From Phoronis australis (lineage: Eukaryota > Animalia > Phoronida), in contig NMRA01000682.1 in the NCBI GenBank assembly GCA_002633005.1, positions 14,318-78,317 of the forward strand: 64,000 nt of DNA, in the 5' to 3' direction. The position numbers were made by a program, and so were the translations under genes. The notes under the pieces are model-generated. The model saw nothing but the letters and a program-made list of their open reading frames with translations. It had not been told where the DNA came from and made no database searches. This document shows, piece by piece, positions 13,750 through 24,914 of this stretch (its first letter is position 1; each line of letters starts with the position of its first letter).

Positions 13750-16700
13750 ATACCCAACCTTTACTAATAATCGGCAAGTCTCCAACTTCAGCAGAAGCCA
13801 CTTCTTCAGCATAAGCCTTTCCTGATTCCTAAAATTGTATTAATGAAAAATTAAACATATTAAATTTAATGTGGCCATTTCGGCTCACAAAATATGAATA
13901 CCAAGCTAAAGTGAAGGCACCAATATTTTTGACGGCTTTAGCATGTTTAATTAACTTCATAATCGCAGAAAATCATTGGTAGACAAAACATACTCCCTAG
14001 TCTCTAAAAGTAGTTCATGGGCAGAAGTCATGTTACACATTTGGTGGTTGTTATGAAAAGTTATGATGACTACCTATTTTCTATGCCAATGTATACATGT
14101 AGTTGCATAAACATCAACACATTTGAATAAGATATGATTAAGCAATAAGGCCCAAGATATAAGCAATCACGGTGTGTGAATAAAAGTATTTTTGCATGAA
14201 TGACGTGCTTCTAAAAATATTCTTCAGGGTCAGACTTTGGAGTTTAGTGATTCCTACCTGAGCTCACATGAAGCAGGACGTTAAACCTTGAAAGTCTTTG
14301 GTCATTTTTCAGACCTCTATCAGATTTCTCCTCTAGTGTGCAGTGGATGTTCTAAGTGTCTTTGGCGACGCCAATATATCTCGAGTGTTGTAACGATGAT
14401 TCGGGCAAGTGAATCTAATACGGTAGATTATGTAGCTCCTGCTGCACACAGTGCCTCCGAGGCAGACACTGAGAGTCTGACTGACTCTGAGTGAGACAGA
14501 CTACTCAGGAGGACACGTTCCACCTCCACATCAGTTCCACGCACTCTTATAAGATGCTCAAATGTCTCGCTCTATACCTTGTGCATTTCCCCAGAGTTTC
14601 CAAAGTTGTTTCTCTCCGCAATTTGTAGAAATACCACATTTGATGCGACTGGCAGTGCCAGATAAATAGATAAATTCGCAAATCCGCACTTTAGGTCAGC
14701 CATCATTCAACTAACGTATTGTAAGCTTTAGTTTGGTATTCAGACGAATTGGATGAACAAATTTAGTATAATTTATATTTTATTGGGAAATGCTAGTGTC
14801 CTTAAAATTAATTAAACCAATTGTTTTAATTGTTGTATTATACCACGGCATATTAATGCGTAGAAACGGGGCACAACTAGCGACTGGTTTAACATGACAA
14901 ATACACATACGCGGTCTGAAAATAGTGAAATTCAGACACCTATTACCAGGACTGCCTGAAGGGCTGACAAAGTTTTTATTGTATTAATTTCAAGGGCATG
15001 GAGTCTTCTACATGTCCATGTTATTATTTTTGGTTTTCTCGCGGGGGCAGCTTCGCTATAAGGGTACAGCTTACTGCTGGTGTTTCACAAGACGGAAACG
15101 TACCTCCACGGAAACAGTTCCAGTCTTACCATGGTAACCGATATTGCAGTGTCGGTGCCGTTTTTACTGACATTGGTCATGAACCTATCATGTGATATCC
15201 AAATTGTTAAGAAACGATTCTGTTTGAAGCAGAAACTGGAGTAGAAAATTTGGTCAAAAATGACTCATTCCACACCAAGAAATTGCCTCATTTTGCCCCC
15301 CAGAACACTTCCCTTGTATCTCCTAAACCACCAAACTTTGTGGTGTCATACTTCACCCATTTTCTCTCATCCCTAATGTGATTTATCAGACTAAACACGG
15401 ATCTGAATGGTTGACCCCCCACCTTGCCGCTTGTTGGCTGTACTGTGGTCGTTGGATCCGTGGACTGATACTTAAGCGATGCCCACTGGGAGTCTGACTC
15501 GGCTGGTACCCAGTTGCATGCATTCATCCTGCAACATCCGTGGGATATCGGGAAAGCAGGTCCAGGTACAATATGCAGAACGTTAACCCCTATCTTGGCG
15601 ACTATGCCTGTATTTTCACTGCCGCCAATTCCTAACACGTCCTTGACCCAGTGTATCTTGAAAGTTACTGCAATTGCAAGCTTAAAGGAGAATGCCACTA
15701 AAAACAACGTATTTTGTATCAGTTTATATCGAGTAATTCCATTTCTATAACAGCAAGTTCAGTTCTTTTACGTGGAAACAGACGGCAGACGGAGGAGCTG
15801 AAATTAATCAATTACGTCATAGGTTCTTACTCAGTATGTTCAGCAGTTGATAGACACGCTTACTGGGGTCAGCTTATCGTTGTCTTAATCGCTTTACACC
15901 AATAAATCATCAGAATTCGATGCAACACCTTTACAAATGCATTGAATTTTTAAACAAACGAGTTGTTTGATTTCGCTGTTACGACTTTACGAAAATCTTG
16001 AGCGTACTGTAGCCCCAGTTTAGTTTGGTAGGCAAACCTACCGAGGTCGGTAGTTTGGATCTGTTCGGTGATAAATTAGAATCATTCTTCTCTGAAATAA
16101 AGACAAGAGACCATAGCCGTGTGTTGTAATTTTAGACTTACGAATAATTTTTAAGTTTAACACACAGAACGCTCGTTGTATCCCGGTGGCTCAGAATCCG
16201 ACCAGGCACGTCACCGGCGGCGGGACTGGAGACATCACGAACATAAACCAGTCGTGTTAGTCGGCTGTCAAATTTAAAAAAATAAACTTCCAGTCACGAT
16301 AAGACTTGACCAGTGAACAAAATAAATAATGTTGTCACGTTTTTCCCCGTGTGTGGGGTGGGCGCAGGTTGTTACAGATCGGTGCTATTAGCTTTCGGTG
16401 CGACGATTGACTGAAGACTGGTTCGAGTGTACGTTCACTAGCCTACTCAAAGAAAACTTCCGACGTAATGTCTGTTTATGCTCCAGCCAGTGCTGCGAAG
16501 CCTTAACTTGTGATGAACTTCTGAGACACGTTCACAACTGTTACACTCGTCGATTCAATAACCTTCTGTCTCTATAGCTGGCTCGCTATTGATTACCGCT
16601 GTAACTGCTGATTCTCTTCACTGCAACTCAACTGTAATTCTCCTGATTAATTTCCTTGAACTGACTTGATCTTCTCTTGAACTGACTTGATCTCACTGAC

Positions 16701-17169
16701 TTGATCTGACTAACACAAACCCGTGCTTTTGTATTTATAGCCTAATGCATTGTTCTGGAACTTTACATCAAGTCAAGCACATTCTAGAACTTTCCTGAAT
16801 CTACCCAATCATTCTACAAACATATACTAGTCTCTAGAATGTTCCAGACCGCATTAATCACTGCCATGCTAAAGTCTTCTAGAAAGTTCAACACTATACT
16901 GCAGTAAACAAATTACATCATGACCACTGAACTCAGTCTACTAGAAAGTTCCATACTATTCTGTATTAAACAAATTACATCATCATTGTACTTAACTCAG
17001 GGGTCATGCCAATCAAACAGATCAATAAAACAAAACAATACAACTAAAATTACCGTGAGACCATATTCTGACAACACACCCCTGCCAAAGAGAAAACTAC
17101 TATATAATTTTCTAACACAAAATAATCTGGCATATACATAAAATCTTGTGCCTCTGTATCCATCTCTAA

Positions 17170-17541
17170 GTATCTGATTCCCTTGTCGGAAACTGGAGCT
17201 ATAGGGCCAATAAGATCAATCGCGATCCTTTTGAAAGGCTCCTTCATCAAAGGCATCTCTCCCAGAGGTACCTTGGTCACACGACATTTAGGGATTGTCT
17301 TCTGGCAGATGTCGCATGATCTGCAGAATCGGGTCACTTCTGATGCCACTCCTGGCCAATAGCAACTGCTGGTGATACGGTCAGTTGTCTTCCTAACACC
17401 GAGGTGTCCACCGAGTATAGTCTCATGAGCGAGCCTCATTACGGTCTTCCGTAAACTACTCGGGACGACAACTTGTTTCACCTCGTCACCGTCTTTCTTT
17501 TTGAACATCCGATAGAGTATTCCTCGTTGAACCTCCATCAT
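17170..17541 (-). pseudogene. Gypsy integrase fragment (zinc-binding HHCC and core start)
   Basis: ORF 17050-17541 translation carries the HHCC motif and the first catalytic Asp (IAIDLIGP), then runs into the PPT and LTR. Confidence 0.9.
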
Positions 17542-18419
17542 GTACGACCCCTTGCCTTGGGTCTGTCACTGACTTTGGGTTCAGCTTGCTCCCATAACGT
17601 TTTCATTGATGAATCTCCATGCTAGGCTTCCTTGAACAGCTGTAGTCCCACCTCATTTATGGTCGGGGACACAGCTAACGCTTTAATGTCGGATTTCTGT
17701 CGCTCTACCTGAGCTCTGGTAGTCACTGCTACCGCTTCCCTGCTGGATTCATCAGGATCTGTTCCTACCGTCGTGTCGGCCACCTCTTCTCTCTCTGGAA
17801 TTGAGGTCACTGGGTTTTCCTCTTAGAAAGTAGTACCCTTCTGAGAGTCATCTTTCCGACCCTCCACAAGGCCATTGCCTATATTGTCCTCGTTGGCAGT
17901 TGTTGCTCTCTGCTGTCGCCCAACATCGCCTGGGTCCAAGGCGCCAGGCACGTCCCCGATAATCAAATCGGCCACTGGACGCTTCATGCACATCGCAAAC
18001 ACTTCTCCTGTGTAGTACGGTGTCTTGATGTTGATCTTTGCGACAGGCAGCCATTTCTTCGTAGAATCCGCCAACTTGCATGACCATTTCCGGCAGGTCA
18101 TATCTCATGGTTCGACTAAACTGGATCGAACCACTATCGTTGTGCAGCCTGTGTGTCTCAACACTGAGACCTTCTTCATGCCAACATACCCCTCCTTCAG
18201 ACGCAGCTTTCCTTTGAAGACGCGTTCAGGGTTAGCATGCTTCACCGAATCCTTACTCTGAGAACCTCGGTCGCTGACCGCTGTTGACTTTTGGAGTTGC
18301 TTCCTCTGCAGACACAGTTCTTGTCCGAGGGCCATTAACTCCCTTAGTTGAGATCTTGTCTCAAAGGGGGTTCCTAATTTCAACAGTCCACTTCATCACA
18401 CCTTGTTACCGTCAGTAAG

Positions 18420-18437
18420 CTCCTGGCGTGCTCGCCA
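18420..18437 (-). promoter_or_regulatory. Primer-binding site, probably for tRNA-Arg(ACG)
   Basis: Plus-strand CTCCTGGCGTGCTCGCCA sits two bases from the LTR and resembles the metazoan tRNA-Arg(ACG) 3' end CTCCTGGCTGGCTCG-CCA (recalled). Confidence 0.7.
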
Positions 18438-19112
18438 ATTGTCACGTTTTTCCCCGTGTGTGGGGTGGGCGCGGTGCTACGATTAACTGAAGACTGGTTC
18501 GAGTTAATTCTTTATTAATCCCGACCGTATGTTCACAAGCTTATTCAATCAAAACGCCCGACGTAATGTCTGTTTATGCTCCAGCCAGTGCTGCGAAGCC
18601 TTGACTTGTGATGAACTTCTGAGACACATTCAGCAACTGTTACACTCGTCGATTCAATAACCTGCTGTCTCTATAGCTGGATCTCTATTGATTACCGCTG
18701 TAACTGCTGATTCTCTTCACTGCAACTCAACTGTAATTCTCCTGATTGACTTCCTTGAACTGACTTGATCTCACTGACTTGATCTCCTGACTTGATCTTC
18801 TGATGAACTAACTTTATCTCACTGACTTGATCTAACACAAACCCGTGCTTTTGTATTTATAGCCTAATGCATTGTTCTGGAACTTTACATCAATTCAAGC
18901 ACATTCTAGAACTTTCCTAAATCTACCCAATCGTTCTACAAACATATACTAGTCTCTAGAATATTCCAGACTGCGTTAATCACTGACATGCTAGAGTCTT
19001 CTAGAAAGTTTCACACAAATCTACTTACACGTCGTGTGCCGCGAAGCCAGGTTCCCCTTCCACGGAACCCGGCCGTACGTACCAAAAGGTGTATAATAAC
19101 AATTTTATCAAA

Positions 19113-19117
<5 letters not shown>

Positions 19118-19172
<55 letters not shown>
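19118..19172. repeat. (TA)n microsatellite
   Basis: Read directly. Confidence 0.98.
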
Positions 19173-19176
<4 letters not shown>

Positions 19177-22100
19177 ATTCCCCTAACCCTCGTGGCTTTC
19201 ATTCTTTACTGCCTCAAACCACTTCCAAAGCATTTAGCGTTCTCGAGAATAAACGATATACCCACTTTCCTAGCATTTTCATAGTTTATAAGCGGGAGCG
19301 ATACGCCACACCATAGCGGCACACAGTGAGCTGAAGAACCACTGACGCCTCTGTGTTGTGTACGTACCTTCCTCACAGGTTAACGCAACACATCTCGGCG
19401 AGGTGAGACCGACCGTACAGAAGGTGATGTGGATAAAGAACGATTAAGACTGTAAAAAACGAAATAAATCGGGTGGCATACTCCTTTAAGCCCATTAATA
19501 CAGGCAAAAACACCACTAAGTTTGATCGATGGCTTCTTTAGGGGGTTAATAGCTTTTTAGCTATGTGAAGGGATCGGTAACTACGTGTAACTGGTTGCGT
19601 TGTTGTATTGTCGTGGCAATTGGGAAGCTCTATTACTTGCAGTGCTATCACCCTGGTACACCATGTCAAAATTGCCTAGCGATACCCAACTTTCTGCATC
19701 TGCGACTAGAATGCTTGGAATATAGATTCCAGCACCTACCTGGTCATGTTTCATTTAGAGCATCCGTGTAACAAACCACCTAATTCTTGTGTTCTGCTGT
19801 AGGGCATCCATCACCAATCTTTGTGAAGACATTATTTGTTTGATTTAAAGCTGCGAACTGGATATCACTATGCCTGTGCAACAGTTGCCCAGTTCTAGTC
19901 ATTAGCTTATTATTGCACATGTTCCTGTGATTTCTGTGTTCAACATAATCAGGGATGTGAGTTTTCACCCAATGAACATCATGTCTGAGACAAAGCGCTG
20001 AATATTTGACTTCGCTCTCAAAGTACATGCACGGTGGATCTAGACCGATTGCCATTTTTAGGGTTGTAAAAGGCCATCCTGGAAAAGCAGACGAAAAAGC
20101 TAGATGTTACATCTGACTAAGTTTGTTGATAACTGTACACTGATTCAACGCCGTCACCCATACTGGCATAGCATATGGCAGTATAGGTCGGATGACGGCA
20201 GCGCACATGTAAATCTAGGACATACATGTATTATTAGGAGACATTCTCAAAGTTTTACCCAGCGCACGGCAGCATCTCACCAGCACAGTTTTGACTTTCG
20301 ATATTTTTTATAATATGCGGAATCAAGGAAAGCGATGTCTTAAAATGACACTTGGGCTGCCTTGTCTAAAAATCAAGACGTTTGCCATTCGTTAAAGGGA
20401 GGGCTGACCATTTACGCTTCAAGGTGACCATAACTACCTTTGTTCTTCTGCCGCTAATTTCTAAGCCAACTTACTTAGCCCATGTGACTACTGTATTCAG
20501 TGCTTTTTAGGCAAGCTAGCAACATGTGTCAAGAATGATGCTGGACACACTGAGAACATTATCGTGTGTATAGGCTTCAGCATACAGACGTGGACGTATG
20601 TCCACCGATGAATGTCGAAGTAGGCCACCCATAACCATGTTGAAGAGGAAGGTGAAGATCCGTCATCATGAAGTGATCCCCTAGTGATGAGAGCCGTCAC
20701 ACTGGCACCCTCAAGACAAGCAGTTACGTATTAGTTTCCGAGCGTACATGTATTAATAACCCATCTGGTTATGATCACGTTGCCTTTGAACTACGATGAG
20801 CTGGGATTTTGAAACACTACACGTATCAGTACTACTAATGTTTACATTTTGAAGCAATGTGTTCATTGCCAACTTTCTATACAAAGTCCTACACTGTTAA
20901 CAATGTAATGAAAATTTTTCAATCATGGGTTGTTACCCATTTTTGTCTATCAACAATTCTTGTCTGCAAACTTCAAATTGTAGTTATTGGTTGATCAAAC
21001 GTTTTAAAAGACAATGCTTCCGGAATTTTTGATGAAGAATATAATTGTATCAGTTAATGTACTAATATAAATAATTTTGGATGAATATCTGACTAAATTC
21101 TTCACAGAAGCTGTGTCTTTTCCTGTAAGAATCTGTTGAATCATTGAAACTTTATGCTGGTTTAATTGGTTATTTATAGAACTGTACTTTTATTTCCGTT
21201 TTGTTACAATGAGATCCTAAATCAATTGGCATTACGAACTAATTAGTTGACTAACTAGTAAACTAATCATCCAATTAGTACATGAATGGTTTCATTCTTT
21301 TACGCATTTATTTGTAATATTCTTGTTTTTTGAGACCTCTCAGGTATGCAAACTTATAATTTTTCAAAAGTAATATATTTACGTTTTGCGTCAGTAACAA
21401 CCTTACATTATAGCTAATGAAGAGATTTCTAAGGACGACACTCTTATGCAATTCGACTAAAACGGCGTAGTTGAGAACAGTTTTATGAACAGTAAAGACG
21501 GGGACACATTCCCGTTGGCCTTCTGTTAAAATATATTTAGTTGTTTTTTAAGCTACATGTAGGTATACAATTTTGGTGTCGCACTAAGGCTCGGATAGTG
21601 GTTGATCATGAGGGGATTTCTTAAGGTAACTATAAACTTTAGATATTCTTGTAAAACATTTGTACGTCTAGATGAATTCGCGTTATGAATAGCAGCTACA
21701 TGTAGGCAGCGGCAGTACGCACGGCTTTCTTCCCCTATTGTAAGCAGACAATCCTCCGTTTGACAGTGTTTGAGGCCATTGGAACTCAAAATGACCCATA
21801 AATATAGATGGAATTTGTCATAACAGCTCTAAACTTATTTCATTTGTACTAAACAAACAGTCCATCACCAGCTTCATGTGCAGTGCAGGATAGACGCGGG
21901 AAACATGAAAGCAAGCAGGAGCCACGCATTTGCGGCGCGGAATTCCATGTCTATAGTTCTATGGTGAGACTGATGAAGTGAAATACATGCACACTGTTTT
22001 TCATAAATGTACAGTATTTTGGCCACCTACTACATGTACGTCACTGGTGGCAAATGGAGCCTTGCAGCTTTTCCGCAGAAAGTTCAAAAGTTTAGAGATA

Positions 22101-24717
22101 TCCTCAATACAATGCTATTCATCAATAAAATGCCTAATGTAGTCCTATTAATAAACGAAAAAAGTATTTGTGGACAGATTCTTCATTTTTATGAAAAATG
22201 AAGGATACAATTATGGCCAGGGCAGTTCGAAAAACTGAAATGGCAGAAGGAATGGGTAATGGCTAGAGTCCAAACCGTTATAATTTCGAGCAGCAAATCG
22301 AAGCAAATGGACAGGAGTTGAACTCTTCGTCTAAAAATCTGTTTAACATGAATTGATCAATTTAATTAGAAAAACCCCGGAACATTCATCGGACCACATT
22401 AATTTCTCATGTTGAATAAAATGATTGACACTTGTACCTGCTGACCCATCCAGTGAAGTTCATTGTAAATCAAATTGTTGTGCTCAAAAATACTCACAAA
22501 TTTAAAATCCTGCATGTAGAACCTCGGAGGTATTTGACGTGTTGCAAATGCCCGAAATGGTTAACGCCCATAGAGACAATTATAAGTCCAAATAAATAGC
22601 TCATGCCATTTTAAAGAGGATTTAGCCCTAATTCATAAAACATTCTTTGAATGAAGGGTTCGAGAATAAGGTGCGGGATAATCGAAAATTAGTTATTTCT
22701 TTGAAGACAACGACTAGATCATGGTAAAGGTATTGATGCCTGCAATACAAACACGAAAAATTATCAAAATCGCACCGTGCATTCTCTATTTTCTGTCAAG
22801 TGTTGACTCACATTTTGATCAGGTCGGCCATCTTCGATGACCACGAACTTGTGTTTAAAGATTAGTTTCACAAATCCTTTGCATCATAACTTAGTGATAC
22901 TTATATTTACCTACCATTCTGTACGATTCAGGAGTTTTTACCTGAGCTTTTGACCACTCAGATGTTACCTATTGAGTACATGTAGACTGTTCAAAAATCA
23001 CCTTGGACGTGTCACATTTCCGATGGCAAAGAAATAAGTCGACTTGGATGAACTAAATGACATATATAGTCTTCGGTGAAGAATTAACTAGGATGCATTT
23101 GATGCTACTCTGCAACCAAAACAAGCTGCGTACAAATTTCCGGTGTCTGTCTGAAAACTATAAGAATAATTGTAAATTTTTAATGTGAAGTGGCCATTCA
23201 AATGATCTTGCACTGTGCTAAAAACCTTGAAAAATGTTTGGAACCATTTTTTGTTTGAAGGTCCAAACTTTACTTCAATGTATGTGACACAAATTTTGTT
23301 GAATTGTAAGTATAAATTGTGCATTTGACTCATGTTTTGTAACTTGTTATTTTCAACTGCAGGTTGCATTAAGGCAATTAAATATAAAACATCTGATTTA
23401 CAGCAACTTGCTACACTGAGTCGCCATGGAAACATGTTTTTGTTGTTTGTTTTGTCGAAATGTTCTTAAGTACATTTTATGTTACTTTATGTGAGAAATA
23501 GTAGTTAGGAACTTTACTGTGCTGAGATCACTTCAGTTTTATCTGGCTAAAAGTTTGAAACCCCTATGTCTAATATTTTCAACAGATGCCATTTTATCTC
23601 ATATAGGAATGTGACATTAAGTGACGTCACGGGCGTCATCAGCTTATGATGGTCCCCATAATACTAGTAGCATTATGTAACGATTGTCAGGAAATAAGTT
23701 GGGCGTTATCAGGGCACATCGAGCAGTTACTAGCTGACGCGGGGGTGGGCACAGGTAACATATATGAACGATGAATGGTCTTCAAATTGTTAACTGTCGT
23801 TGGTGGTTCAGCGCATGTGATAATCTATGGAAGACATGCACGTGACATCGCTTGCTGAATAGAAACATTTTGGATAATCAAAGATGTGGTATTCATACAC
23901 GTTATGAGAAATGGAATAAAATCAACCTCGGGTACCAAAGTAATCAAGCGGAAGTGTCGTAGAGTTTGTTTCAGTGAGGAGTACGTTCACAACGTCAATT
24001 CTTGGGCAGATGGTCAGTAAAACGTTAAACATTAAAAACAAAACGCACTTCACTTCATATGGACGTTCCGGTATTAATCAGAATCGTCATTAGGATTCGA
24101 TCATTAATGAATCAACGAAATTCCTTTCCAAACCCTTTTTATTCCATCTTAACAGCATCATATTCCAATCATATAGAATTAGCTGAAACAGAAGATCTTG
24201 GATATTATACATATGTATACCTTGATTAGGATAGTGCCGATATTCTTAGTTTCTGATAATTATAATTCCTGTATTGCATATAAAATGCAATAATCAAACA
24301 ACAAGTCTTATACATGTATAATCTTAGCTTTGTTTTTATCTAATTATATAATAAAAGCGTATCATATGTTCTAGTTTGCTGTTTTAAAAACCAAGATTTT
24401 GTCAAGTTCATAAAAATTGACCCTCAACGGTATACCAAGAACTGGTGGTGGCCATTTCGGTTGGGAGTTATCAAAATTTCAAACACATGAACGCAATTTG
24501 ATATACAGACTGTGTTTTGAAAGCGTAAGATGAAGTTGAAGTTGCCCAATATTGCATTCATGAAGTTCACTTGATTCAATTTACCCTGAACGAAATGGAA
24601 GGGTATTTTGTAAATTACGTGATTCAAATTGAAGAAACCTGGTCAAGAAAGCATCCCGGTTACTCTAACGCGATCAATGAAAAAAAGTCAACGAATTAGC
24701 GTTCAACAATAACTTGA

Positions 24718-24914
24718 TTAAGCCGTTGCAGTGTAAACTGGGTTGTCTTTTCCCGTCAAGACGACCTGCTTCTTCGCCTGTGCTCCAAAGTAGGCAGCGA
24801 CGCCAATGGTTAGCACGAGAAGCACAGCGAGAACAACCACCACCACATAGAAGACGGTGTTGCTGGTGTATCCGGTGCAAATAGGTTGCGAGCCTGTTTT
24901 TATATCCTCATTTT
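24718..24914 (-). CDS. ZP gene terminal exon (TM helix and cytoplasmic NPVY tail)
   Basis: Acceptor tgcctatttcag, phase 1; (E)NEDIKTGSQPICTGYTSNTVFYVVVVVLAVLLVLTIGVAAYFGAQAKKQVVLTGKDNPVYTATA*. Confidence 0.88.

Larger units (their letters stand above)
16333..19011 (-). mobile_element. Internally deleted Ty3/Gypsy LTR retrotransposon (Gmr1-like PR-IN order)
   Basis: LTRs at 16333-17073 (TGT...ACA) and 18440 to about 19011 (truncated). PBS at 18420-18437, PPT-like tract at about 17074-17087. Protease-like VLRHTGC; integrase HHCC AHETILGGHLG...CRSCDICQK followed by PFKRIAIDLIGP. No RT. Confidence 0.9.
15686..19485 (-). mobile_element. Non-autonomous Kolobok-like element, family A copy 2 (diverged; hosts the Gypsy provirus)
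   Basis: TTAA|AGGAGAATGCCAC...GTGGCATACTCCT|TTAA; THAP remnant at about 19200-19320 on the minus strand. Confidence 0.85.
15250..20400 (-). mobile_element. Decayed non-LTR retrotransposon (R1/Loa/I-group-like, RT thumb plus RNase H), split by a Kolobok insertion
   Basis: Right part about 19490-20300: AVIRPILPYAMPVW...LDPP, VCYTDA..VGAGIYIP..SLG...VYQG, AINPLKKPSIKLSGVFACINGL. It continues across the TTAA into the left part (15685 and below): KLAIAVTFKIHWVKDVLGIGGSENTGIVAKIG...PGP. Outer limits are approximate. Confidence 0.75.

Noticed and set aside
13110-13814. Long ORFs of 161-215 aa
   Set aside because: Artefacts of the N gap.
19486-19549. Tiny piggyBac-like TTAA...GGGTTAA element
   Set aside because: It is in-frame LINE RNase H coding sequence.
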